Source of the DNA: a virus
Lineage: Duplodnaviria > Caudoviricetes
IMG/VR virus record: IMGVR_UViG_3300020185_000051
Location: 1-62,481 of that record
Direction: 5' to 3' (one strand)
DNA: 62,481 nucleotides
The notes below the pieces were generated by a model that did not search any database, was not told the DNA's origin, and saw nothing but the letters and a program-made list of their open reading frames with translations. The translations under genes were made by a program, and so were the position numbers. Below are positions 18,667-27,674 of this stretch, piece after piece. Position 1 is the stretch's first letter; each line of letters starts with the position of its first letter.

Positions 18667-19139
18667 CTTTTAGACGCCATCTTGTCTACTAGTGATCTAA
18701 GGCGTGCAATTTCTTCTGCGTTACCTTGGCTTTGCATTGTATTATTATCTCGCTGTCCATCTTCTGGACTTGCTGGTTTTCTCATACCTGTGCCTGATCC
18801 TACACCTGCTGTTGTTCTTTCAGCGCCGCCGCCACGTACTGCTCTATCTTTTTTATCTGCTCTATTCATTTGGGCATTTAAAGTATTTTGTTTACGTTGG
18901 GTGGCTCTACTTGCTGCACCTGTACCTACAGTACCATATGCTTCATTAACTGTGATGTCAATGTAGTCTAAAAAGCGGTCACTGTCTTCACTTTTCATAC
19001 TATCAACCAGATCTAATGTCTGGGATAATTTTAACCCTCTAAGTTGTTCGCTAACTTTATCAACTGGCAGCTCTCTACCAAATTTCATACTAGCATATTC
19101 TATTACTGTGTCAACTATTGAATCGCCTTTAATGTTCAT
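18663..19139 (-). CDS. Hypothetical late protein
   Basis: 158 aa; late promoter at 19171; SD AAGGA. Confidence 0.65.
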   Translation of the reverse strand: MNIKGDSIVDTVIEYASMKFGRELPVDKVSEQLRGLKLSQTLDLVDSMKSEDSDRFLDYIDITVNEAYGTVGTGAASRATQRKQNTLNAQMNRADKKDRAVRGGGAERTTAGVGSGTGMRKPASPEDGQRDNNTMQSQGNAEEIARLRSLVDKMASKR

Positions 19140-19193
19140 TTTATTTTTCCTTAGAGTTGTTGTGTATAGTTATTTATCCAAAATGAATGACGA

Positions 19194-19481
19194 TTATCTA
19201 AATTTGTTTAATCTTGCAGCGATCTTACTTGCTGGATTAGTACGCTTAGTACGTTGTGCTTTTTTAGCCATTCTAGCACCCTTGCTGGCTTTAGTGCGTT
19301 TCATTACAAAACGCTTCTTTAAATCAAAAGGAGCAACACATGCCTGAGGAGAGCTTACCACACGCCCTTTGCGTTTACCAACAGTACAACGAAACTTCTT
19401 AGTTACTGATTTACCACGACGGGCAAATACAACTTTTGATTCTGATACTACTGTGTTATATGATTCTGTTAAAAATTTCAT
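19194..19481 (-). CDS. Small highly basic protein (putative nucleic-acid binding)
   Basis: K/R-rich; FRCTVGKRKGRVV...C; starts MKFLTES. Confidence 0.65.
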   Translation of the reverse strand: MKFLTESYNTVVSESKVVFARRGKSVTKKFRCTVGKRKGRVVSSPQACVAPFDLKKRFVMKRTKASKGARMAKKAQRTKRTNPASKIAARLNKFR

Positions 19482-19759
19482 TATGATCCTATTAGCGGCG
19501 ATATATTTTGTAAATTTAGTAATAGCAACACGATAGTTGATAATAGTCCTGCTATAACAGTTGCTGCTGCACCAATTACTAACTTATTACCTGACACTTT
19601 ATCATTTACCTGCTTTTCAGCTATTATTTGCATGGAATCTGCTAAGTTGTCCACTTTGCCTTCCAATCTGATTAATTTCTCTTCCAATACGCGATACCTC
19701 TCTGCACACAAGTCAACGTGTGCCTCTAGATTTTCACGCTCCAGTCTTGATATTGTCAT
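19481..19759 (-). CDS. Coiled-coil plus C-terminal transmembrane protein (holin/XhlA-like)
   Basis: LEAHVDLCAERY heptads, then hydrophobic LVIGAAATVIAGLLSTIVLLLL. Confidence 0.55.
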   Translation of the reverse strand: MTISRLERENLEAHVDLCAERYRVLEEKLIRLEGKVDNLADSMQIIAEKQVNDKVSGNKLVIGAAATVIAGLLSTIVLLLLNLQNISPLIGS

Positions 19760-19827
19760 ATTTACTTCACCTAAGCTGATATTCTTTTAATGAGCATCAA
19801 GCCCAGTACATATGTATTTATATAGAT

Positions 19828-20190
19828 CTATAATATTTTAACATGTGTGTTATAGGTTTCGTCCATTGTATCAACGTTTTCGTATCCTAACGTTACTGGT
19901 ATGTTATGTAAATCATTCTTAATAAAGTAAACTGAATCATTGTCCTTATTCCATGCATTACTAATGTCACAATCAAACTGCATTATCCAACAATCCCCTA
20001 ACTGCGGATCATTAGCTTTTGTTACACTTATATTCAATGGTTGGGCTCGCATACTCAATGTCTGTATAAAACTACTGAGATTTTGATATTGTTTATATTC
20101 TAACGAGTTACCTTTGGGATTTGTGCATTTAGTATTAGTAATATCTATCAGTGTTATTATCTGATAAGTATCATATGTTTGTGTTGACAT
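19828..20190 (-). CDS. Hypothetical protein
   Basis: 120 aa; TLIDITNT motif; TAATG coupling. Confidence 0.65.
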   Translation of the reverse strand: MSTQTYDTYQIITLIDITNTKCTNPKGNSLEYKQYQNLSSFIQTLSMRAQPLNISVTKANDPQLGDCWIMQFDCDISNAWNKDNDSVYFIKNDLHNIPVTLGYENVDTMDETYNTHVKIL

Positions 20191-20942
20191 TAAACGTCCA
20201 AATTCTTACCTAACATATAACCAGCTGCAAAAGAACCAGCTTTGCGGGCAATTGATTTTGCAATCTTAGCTGTTTTGCTTTTTGTTAGTACAAGTTTATT
20301 ATCTTTAGCAAATTTATTAAACAATGGTGCCATATCGCTACGCATTGCGTCACTACGATAGTATCTAGATAAATGGTTACCGACTAACTGGCGTTGTTGT
20401 GAGTTTAGTGTTGACCAATCCTGTCCAAGTCTACGTGTTGCACGTAGTTTAGGATCAGTAATTTTTAAATCTCTTTCAAGCTTCATAAAAAATGTACTTG
20501 CTTGTTGTGGGGTTAGGTTACCTGTTTTGATACCATTTAAAAATCTTTTAACTTTTACTTGGTCAACATTAACTTTACCCATATGTGCTACAGCTTTTTC
20601 ATTTCCTTTGAAATACTCTGGGTGTTCTAGACTGTGTATAGTTTGATATAAATCAGTGCCGCCAGGACTAGGTCTTCCAAAGCCGCCCATACTTGTTGTT
20701 CTGCTTGCATACTTTCTTGCAACTGGAGCATAGTCATAATCATTACTCATAATATACAAGCTTAGTAAATTTGCAAACATATGATTAGTAAGTGTATTAG
20801 TACCAGACTTGGTTACTTGGTCACGTGTTTTAAACATACGTGCTTCGCCCAATTCTTGGAAAAACTTTAATCCTTTTTCATCTTCCGGCAAACTGTGTCC
20901 ACCTTCGATTAATGCCCATTCACTTGCTGTATACTTGTCCAT
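20190..20942 (-). CDS. Putative head-associated protein
   Basis: 250 aa; LGE site; basic C-terminus. Confidence 0.6.
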   Translation of the reverse strand: MDKYTASEWALIEGGHSLPEDEKGLKFFQELGEARMFKTRDQVTKSGTNTLTNHMFANLLSLYIMSNDYDYAPVARKYASRTTSMGGFGRPSPGGTDLYQTIHSLEHPEYFKGNEKAVAHMGKVNVDQVKVKRFLNGIKTGNLTPQQASTFFMKLERDLKITDPKLRATRRLGQDWSTLNSQQRQLVGNHLSRYYRSDAMRSDMAPLFNKFAKDNKLVLTKSKTAKIAKSIARKAGSFAAGYMLGKNLDV

Positions 20943-22300
20943 TATCTTTCCCTTGTTGCGTTTGCTTTTGTAAATCCAGCACGATTAACTAGCTTTACAT
21001 CTTTTCCAACTACATAGCCTTCGCCACCGCGTTGTCCACCTGTGTACGCTTCAATTTCTGCTGGTTGACTGTCTAACATTGCAACCATTTTGTTTTTAAT
21101 TGTAGTAATAGCATTAACAACTTTCCACAATGATTCAAAACCATTTGCATTGTCTGATACCCATTGTGCTACTCGTTGTTTCTTTACATCGCTTATCTTT
21201 GCATTTTCCAACCATTTAACAAACCCATTACCTGGAGTTTCACCAGTTTTAACTGTGCTGTTGATATATGTATATAGTAAATTTTGGAAATCTGCCATTT
21301 TTAGCTCTGCTGGAGGATTAATAAGAGTATCAATACTATTGCCTGCACTATTAGCCATTTGTTCTAGCTTCTGCAAAGGCTCTGCAAAGCTCTTTGCATC
21401 TGAGGTTACATTTGGACTTACAGGAGGTAGTATTAGCAATTCTCCTGCTTGGAAGTTAGTTGTATCTGGTTTACTTTTATTACCATCATTATCAATTTGT
21501 ACATGTACTACTACCCCAACTTTACTTTGGCTAATTTTACCACCAATGTCACTATTAGGATCGACTGCGTATAATGTAGTATTTGGTTGGAATGTTAGTT
21601 TTCCGTCTTTAATTCCTGGTGTATTTGTGTACATAAGATCTCCAGCAATAAATCCACGAAAGTCTTCTGGCGTTGCTGCTTCAAATGCTGGCCAAATACC
21701 TGCCATTTTCTTAGCAAATGCTTTACGCTCTTCTTTTTTACTTGGATCTTTTAATTTTCTGTTTAAAAACATTTTTTGTAAGTCTGCTGGACTTTTTACT
21801 TTACCATCATAGCCTTTTGCACTAAAACCACTTTTGTCAGTTAAGATAAAATCTCCTGCATCGTCACGACCAAAAATAACAGCTGGAGAGCCGTCCCATT
21901 TAATAGTTGTTTCCTGTGGATTTGTTTCTAGACTGCGCAATGCATTAACTGCTCGTTGTCCGCCTTCTTTGCCATAAAAGATAACTAAATCTTCAACATG
22001 GTTAATGTCACGTCCCTTAGATTCTTTTAGATTGTTCTTCTTTCGATAATCATCAAGGTCTTTTTGTGCATCTTTACTTCTTTGTTTAGCATCTTTTGCG
22101 TCTTTAACATTGTCAGCATGCATTTTGTCTGCATCAATACCATGCTTTTTTAGTTGTTGTGTAAAGGCCGCTCTGCCAAATGCTTCGCCTAAATCATCAG
22201 CGGTTACTGTAAACAAGCTATCGCTTTGCACTTTACGATGTTTTCTATTATCTCTGCTAGTACGTGTTTTTCTGCCACCTAGAATGTCTTTAATTTTCAT
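20942..22300 (-). CDS. Ligase-fold nucleotidyltransferase-like protein (DUF6267-like)
   Basis: HVED, TIKWDGSPA (motif I KxDG), IAGDLM, GEGYVV (motif IV), VKLVNR (motif V). Confidence 0.6.
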   Translation of the reverse strand: MKIKDILGGRKTRTSRDNRKHRKVQSDSLFTVTADDLGEAFGRAAFTQQLKKHGIDADKMHADNVKDAKDAKQRSKDAQKDLDDYRKKNNLKESKGRDINHVEDLVIFYGKEGGQRAVNALRSLETNPQETTIKWDGSPAVIFGRDDAGDFILTDKSGFSAKGYDGKVKSPADLQKMFLNRKLKDPSKKEERKAFAKKMAGIWPAFEAATPEDFRGFIAGDLMYTNTPGIKDGKLTFQPNTTLYAVDPNSDIGGKISQSKVGVVVHVQIDNDGNKSKPDTTNFQAGELLILPPVSPNVTSDAKSFAEPLQKLEQMANSAGNSIDTLINPPAELKMADFQNLLYTYINSTVKTGETPGNGFVKWLENAKISDVKKQRVAQWVSDNANGFESLWKVVNAITTIKNKMVAMLDSQPAEIEAYTGGQRGGEGYVVGKDVKLVNRAGFTKANATRER

Positions 22301-22545
22301 TTATTTAATCTCAGTTTTTTAATACCACGAACAAATCTATCATTGTCACGATTTTTAATACTAAGCATAATGCGCTTTTGTAGATCATTAGAATCATCTT
22401 CGCTATAACTATTTTCGATCATTTCTAATAGATTAATAATACTGCTAATGGCATTAATACCTCTACTTTCAAGCAAATGATCTTTATCTCTGCTAGTTGT
22501 AATGCTATTAATTTCTTCTAGCAATGAACGTGTTTGTTTTTTCAT
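22297..22545 (-). CDS. Conserved hypothetical protein
   Basis: 82 aa; MKKQTRSLLEEIN; late promoter at 22576; SD GGAG. Confidence 0.7.
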   Translation of the reverse strand: MKKQTRSLLEEINSITTSRDKDHLLESRGINAISSIINLLEMIENSYSEDDSNDLQKRIMLSIKNRDNDRFVRGIKKLRLNK

Positions 22546-22595
22546 TGTATCAACTCCGTGGTAACTCTTATACTGTATTTAGCATAATTTGTTTA

Positions 22596-23996
22596 TTAAT
22601 CTTGTTTCTTTAATATACTACGTAATCGATCTGTATTATCGATAGCTTTTTCAGCTGCGGCATTTTCTGATAAGCCTTCAGCCTTTGCGCCTACTTCAGT
22701 TTTTTTCTTAATTCTATCATAGATACTACTTACTGCATGTGTTTCGTTATCTGCATCATCATCGTCCAAGTCTGCAATCCGCAATCCTTCAACATCAAAT
22801 TTTAAGTCAACTTTCTGCCCAACACCAGCACTACTACGTGTTTTCATAAACTGGATTTGATATCTTCCACGTTCACGCATTGCTTGACTAGTAAAGATGC
22901 CAATAACGTTATCTGCTGTATTGATCTTACTAATACCGCCACTAATATGACTATGATCAAACTCTACTTCATCGACGGCTCCACGATTAAGTTGTGATGC
23001 TGTTGCAAACAATAAGTCTTTTTCTACTGCCAGGTTTCTCAAATCTTCACTTACATATTTGTCTTTTACAAATAAATCACTTACATTAACTTTAACACCT
23101 GCTGGCATCATCAAGTCCAAATAGTCTACACACATAGCGTCATATTTACAATCTTGTTGAATCTCAAGTTCACGCATATATGATATCAAGTCATTTGTAG
23201 TTATACCATTTTTAAGTTGTACAATTTGCAACCGTCCAGCTTTTTTGCCTGCCATGCCAACCTTTAAGCTAACATCATCTACATTTTTAAATACATCTTT
23301 TGTATTCATACCAGTAATCATACTATCAATTCGCATACTACATAGTTCTTCACTAAGCTCTAGACTAACATACAATACGTTGTGCCCTTCTAATGCCCAG
23401 TTTAATGCCAAGTTTTGTAAGAACAAACTTTTACCGCCACCACTTGCCGCCGCAAAAATATTTAATTCTCCACGATTAACTCCGCCATATAGCTTATGAT
23501 CAATAGTTTTCCATCCTGTACTTGTACCGCCACGTTGATTTCTCACTCGCTCAATTCGTTCTGCAGGCGATTCCCAATAGTTGGTACCCAAATGTTTAGC
23601 AAGTCCAATTTGTACTGCATCTTTAATTAACTTTTCGACACTACCAAATTCACCATTTTCTAGTAAGTCTGCACTCTTAAGGATAGCCGCTTCTAATGCT
23701 TTATGTTTACAGAATGTTTCAAATTCATCCACAAACCATTCTTTATGTCTGTCATCAATTGCGTCTCCTAGTCCTTGCAATTTTAACCCAGTCAATGCTT
23801 CAATTTGCGGTTTTTCTGGAAGGGCACCATAATTGTCTGCATGTGACTGTATAAACGTCACAGTCTTGCGCAAACTCCTGTCAAAGTATTCTGGGTCTAG
23901 AATACCATTTACTCTGACAAAGGAGTCTTTGTCATGTGCCAGGAATTCCATAAAGAGTGTTTGTAACTCTAATGTATATTCTTTAATCTCACTCAT
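22596..23996 (-). CDS. gp41: Replicative DnaB-family helicase (gp41-like)
   Basis: AAASGGGKS Walker A, SLELSE, VDYLDLM, TASQLNR, KTRSS. Confidence 0.93.
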   Translation of the reverse strand: MSEIKEYTLELQTLFMEFLAHDKDSFVRVNGILDPEYFDRSLRKTVTFIQSHADNYGALPEKPQIEALTGLKLQGLGDAIDDRHKEWFVDEFETFCKHKALEAAILKSADLLENGEFGSVEKLIKDAVQIGLAKHLGTNYWESPAERIERVRNQRGGTSTGWKTIDHKLYGGVNRGELNIFAAASGGGKSLFLQNLALNWALEGHNVLYVSLELSEELCSMRIDSMITGMNTKDVFKNVDDVSLKVGMAGKKAGRLQIVQLKNGITTNDLISYMRELEIQQDCKYDAMCVDYLDLMMPAGVKVNVSDLFVKDKYVSEDLRNLAVEKDLLFATASQLNRGAVDEVEFDHSHISGGISKINTADNVIGIFTSQAMRERGRYQIQFMKTRSSAGVGQKVDLKFDVEGLRIADLDDDDADNETHAVSSIYDRIKKKTEVGAKAEGLSENAAAEKAIDNTDRLRSILKKQD

Positions 23997-24022
23997 TTAT
24001 GTTGCCTTTTGTATTTTAATTG

Positions 24023-24051
24023 ATTATATAGTATTTGTTTGCTCGTGTCAA
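24023..24051 (-). promoter_or_regulatory. Sigma70-type promoter of the helicase gene
   Basis: TTGACA-N17-TATAAT; the -35 overlaps the TGA stop of the upstream gene. Confidence 0.8.
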
Positions 24052-24836
24052 ATAAAGTTTTTCATTCTAGGATAAAGAACTTCATGCCACATTATTTTAT
24101 GTCCAGCTGGATTCAAATGTCCACAATCACAATAATGTTCTTCCTCAGTCATTGGGCCGCCTTGATTTGTTAATAATTTAAATCCTTGTACACCAATATC
24201 ATCCAGAAGATACTTATTCATTAAAAACCTACCTACTGCGTTTTTAGGATTGCTGGGGTCTGCTATCTCCCCAGGAGTATTAAACGTATACCACAATACT
24301 TTTTTACTATGACGCTCTAGCAAATTACACAAAGCAAGATTACTTGACCAAGTATCTATCATGTGCTGATAGCTAAACACATAATCTACAAAGTATCCTA
24401 TGTATTCTTCTTTTTTACGATCATTGGCATCCATTACATTTATTGGTTCCCAAGTTTTAAATTTTGCTTCTTTCCATTCATTGGCATCCAACCAACAATG
24501 ATATGTGTCGCTAAATGTTACAGTATCTCTATCAAATTGTACCTCAATATGACTATCAGGTCCTGGTATAGGATGGCTTACTGCCGTCTCCATACTTCTA
24601 CCTTCAACAATTGCCAGATCAAACTGCAAATCTGGATTATCCATAAAGTAACTAATAGCTACCATTAATTGTTGCTGGACTGTTACCCCTGATCTACTAA
24701 GATTTAGTACATCATAATCATGTTCTGTTTTTAAATAATCATGCCATCTGCCAGTTCGTAAAATTTCCATTTTGCCATCTGTTTCGCATGATGCTTGACT
24801 ATGACTCGTGCCTATAATTATAGCTGTCTTTTTCAT
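24048..24836 (-). CDS. SGNH hydrolase-like protein
   Basis: IIIGTSHS, NLSRSG, DCGHLNPAGH. Confidence 0.65.
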   Translation of the reverse strand: MKKTAIIIGTSHSQASCETDGKMEILRTGRWHDYLKTEHDYDVLNLSRSGVTVQQQLMVAISYFMDNPDLQFDLAIVEGRSMETAVSHPIPGPDSHIEVQFDRDTVTFSDTYHCWLDANEWKEAKFKTWEPINVMDANDRKKEEYIGYFVDYVFSYQHMIDTWSSNLALCNLLERHSKKVLWYTFNTPGEIADPSNPKNAVGRFLMNKYLLDDIGVQGFKLLTNQGGPMTEEEHYCDCGHLNPAGHKIMWHEVLYPRMKNFI

Positions 24837-25846
24837 TTACAATACCTCTGTGTCATTAATTTTATTCGTGTAGTATTAGTTTCTACACTTTCTAATATAC
24901 TTTTTACTGTGAATAATCTTCCATATTTTTCCATAGCATCTCCTGCATCTTTACATTCGTGCCATTCAGGAAATGCAACTCCCCATCCACGTTCAATTGC
25001 TGTATTAACAGCCTTTGCTCCTGCACTATCTGCATCTGGCAATAGTACTACCCGCTTATTTAAACTATCAATAATATTAGCTTGATCATCATTTATATTA
25101 TTACTGCCAATAGCAACACCATCTGTAACAATTGCATCTAGTATACCTTCAGTAACAATTATTGTTCGCTTATCAGATGTTTGTTTATCAAGACCATAAA
25201 CGAAATTCTTAGGAGGCTGTTGATTATAATATTTAGGCATTTTATCAGGAGGTGTTCCAACCCATCTGCCAGTATAGCCAACCACACGTCCTTTATAATA
25301 AAACGGTATTACTATTCTCTTATTCATACGTGCTGGTATTTTAGATGCAGTATATAGGAATCTATTATCTTCTACATTAAATCCACGTTGATGTATATAA
25401 CTTGCTGCGGATATCCAGTCTTCATTAGTATTGGTATGTTCTGCAAACGGCAAAGTTCCTTCTGGCAGTTCAACAGTGGGCCAGTCAATAATTACTGGTT
25501 CATCACGTTTGTTTTGTTTATACAGTATTGATGCCATTTCATCTTCACGCATCAAGTCTAGAACAAGGCGATGTACATCACTCTCATCTGCACCTAAACG
25601 TAACAGTAATTTTTTTAGTTTGTAGCTAAGTTTCTTTCCAGGACTCCATCCAGTACTATATCCACAATTAAAGCAATTATACTGAAACTTATCTTCTTCA
25701 AAATGAAAGCCACCTCTCGACTTTGTATCTGGTCGACTTTCTCCGTTAACAACACACATAGGACAATTTCCACTAACCCATCCATTAGGGCTGTGTTTCC
25801 AGTTAGTTGGAATCAGAGTTTTTGCGTAATCTATTATAAGAGTCAT
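24833..25846 (-). CDS. gp61: DNA primase (DnaG/gp61-like)
   Basis: Zn finger CPMC...CFNC; RIVIPF, GYTGR, PKYY; Toprim TEGILD...DADSAG...KDAGD. Confidence 0.9.
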   Translation of the reverse strand: MTLIIDYAKTLIPTNWKHSPNGWVSGNCPMCVVNGESRPDTKSRGGFHFEEDKFQYNCFNCGYSTGWSPGKKLSYKLKKLLLRLGADESDVHRLVLDLMREDEMASILYKQNKRDEPVIIDWPTVELPEGTLPFAEHTNTNEDWISAASYIHQRGFNVEDNRFLYTASKIPARMNKRIVIPFYYKGRVVGYTGRWVGTPPDKMPKYYNQQPPKNFVYGLDKQTSDKRTIIVTEGILDAIVTDGVAIGSNNINDDQANIIDSLNKRVVLLPDADSAGAKAVNTAIERGWGVAFPEWHECKDAGDAMEKYGRLFTVKSILESVETNTTRIKLMTQRYCK

Positions 25847-25852
25847 ACATGT

Positions 25853-25881
25853 ATACTACACTCTTATAACTAGTTTGTCAA
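25853..25881 (-). promoter_or_regulatory. Sigma70-type promoter, leaderless geometry
   Basis: TTGACA-N17-TAGTAT-N6-ATG. Confidence 0.75.
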
Positions 25882-26674
25882 GTGATCCATTTGTTTTTGT
25901 GAAGACAGGGCGCAAAAATCTTAAATTACTCTGGAAGCTAAATGGTTCAATACCAGTAAAGTTAGTGAACAAATGGAAGTAATCTTGTACACCAAGTTCA
26001 ATCTTAAACCAGTCATCTTCCTCAGGGGCTGGACTTGCTGTTCCTTCAATAAAGAAGTTACCAGAAAAATCTGTTGCATATGCACCAATTGTAACTAGTC
26101 CATTTGATTTATCGTAGTAACCAGGTCCGTACATTGTATCGCCATAAAACTTTTCATTTCTTTCTATGAAATTTGTTGTTGCTTGAGTGTTTAGCGGAAT
26201 ATATCCTGCACTTGTAGTTACTTCAACCACATGTCCTGGGCGCATATTAGTATCGCTAAACAATGGCTTTGTTAATCCACGAGTATCAGTATAACTTAAT
26301 ACAATCTCATATAATCCTGGCTCAATACTTGACACTTTCTCACTACGAGCAAAGAACATGATAAGTCCAGTATTATAGTCAACTACTTCGCATTTTCTAC
26401 TTAGTATTGCACTATTAGTTACTGCATTAATAATGGTGGCGTTTATGGTCATTCCACGCAAATCTAAAGGTTTGGAGTTTTGTGTTTTTACATAATAGAA
26501 GAACTCATTATCAAAACCTTTATAAAGCATTTGCTTTCTGTAATTCAATGGGGCATTAATAGTTGTTGCACGTGAACTGGTATATTTGCTTAAACCTGCT
26601 CTGTCTACTTGTGTATCTAATGCATAAAGGTTGCCTGCTTGATTAATATTAAAACTTGTGTTATAGTTACTCAT
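25856..26674 (-). CDS. Putative virion structural protein (beta-rich)
   Basis: 272 aa; late promoter at 26694; SD AGGAG. Confidence 0.6.
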   Translation of the reverse strand: MSNYNTSFNINQAGNLYALDTQVDRAGLSKYTSSRATTINAPLNYRKQMLYKGFDNEFFYYVKTQNSKPLDLRGMTINATIINAVTNSAILSRKCEVVDYNTGLIMFFARSEKVSSIEPGLYEIVLSYTDTRGLTKPLFSDTNMRPGHVVEVTTSAGYIPLNTQATTNFIERNEKFYGDTMYGPGYYDKSNGLVTIGAYATDFSGNFFIEGTASPAPEEDDWFKIELGVQDYFHLFTNFTGIEPFSFQSNLRFLRPVFTKTNGSLDKLVIRV

Positions 26675-26740
26675 TTTAGTCTCCTACTATAGATATTTAT
26701 CCAAATTACACCAAATTTTTTAGATATAAATACAATTAGG

Positions 26741-27112
26741 ATGAATACAACATATCAAACTTTATTAGAAGAATATCCGTTTTTGTCGGTTATCGCACAT
26801 GCTGGCAATGAATATTTGGGAATCGTACAAAACGTTGATACCCATATTGCTACGATGTATGTGTACGACCGTTTAAGAAATATGGATGAAAAACTTGAAT
26901 TTTTAGAATTGGGAGAAACTTGGTGGTGGGAGACTAATAGGAAATTACCTATTAACATTGCATTAATGAACAAGTGGAATTTTACCCATTGCTGTCAAAG
27001 TTTTAATGTCAAACAGATGGAAATAATAAGCGGTCCTGAAGTAAGATTAAGCAATAGCATTACTAAACGTATTAAACGTAGATCAATTAATCTTATGAGA
27101 AAGAATCTTTAA
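26741..27112 (+). CDS. Conserved hypothetical phage protein
   Basis: YPFLS...EYLGIVQN...LGETWWWETNRKLPIN; TATAAATA 8 nt upstream. Confidence 0.75.
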   Translation: MNTTYQTLLEEYPFLSVIAHAGNEYLGIVQNVDTHIATMYVYDRLRNMDEKLEFLELGETWWWETNRKLPINIALMNKWNFTHCCQSFNVKQMEIISGPEVRLSNSITKRIKRRSINLMRKNL

Positions 27113-27674
27113 CAATTTTGTTTAACTGAACAATTATAGCCATAGCGTATGCATGTGCATGTGCTTTTTTAAAAAAATAACCTTCGTCATTGTTTGGCTT
27201 TGTCCAAACATCAGAAAGAACTACTTGCCAACTTTTTCCTAGCAAATGACGTTTTGCAGGCCTAATCACACCTAGTACCGCAGCTAGTTGGCCAATGCTC
27301 TGCGGTTTCATTCTACGTACTACTTCATAATGACTATGTATATGGAATAATTTTTTAACAATATCTTCATGCTCAAGTAATTCCCACATTACATCCATGG
27401 ATAGAAGTTCATCCATTTCAGCATTGGTTTCAATGCCATCATATACGCTAACATTTAAGATATCCATTTTAAAGAATCCAAAGCTTTCTGCTTCCTTGTG
27501 ATCAACAGTACAAAAACCATTAAATGGATTTTCTGGTACTTCATGGAAGTATACACCAGTGTTGTGCTTTTTTTGTCGATTTTTGTCATTAATCATTGCA
27601 GGTGTATTTTTAATACAATTTAGAAGTTTGTTTCTGTCTGCGGTATCAATATCAATATCTGTTGTAGTAATCAT
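27093..27674 (-). CDS. Miniature DNA polymerase III alpha (DnaE/PolC-family) catalytic core
   Basis: DIDID, KHNTGVY, GFFKMDIL, KPQSIGQLAAVLGVIRP, YFFKKAHAHAY; start at 27674 chosen from ATGA overlap with upstream stop. Confidence 0.8.
   Translation of the reverse strand: MITTTDIDIDTADRNKLLNCIKNTPAMINDKNRQKKHNTGVYFHEVPENPFNGFCTVDHKEAESFGFFKMDILNVSVYDGIETNAEMDELLSMDVMWELLEHEDIVKKLFHIHSHYEVVRRMKPQSIGQLAAVLGVIRPAKRHLLGKSWQVVLSDVWTKPNNDEGYFFKKAHAHAYAMAIIVQLNKIVKDSFS

Noticed and set aside
21090-21812. 240-aa plus-strand ORF
   Set aside because: Antisense shadow of the motif-bearing ligase-like gene; no SD, promoter or motifs
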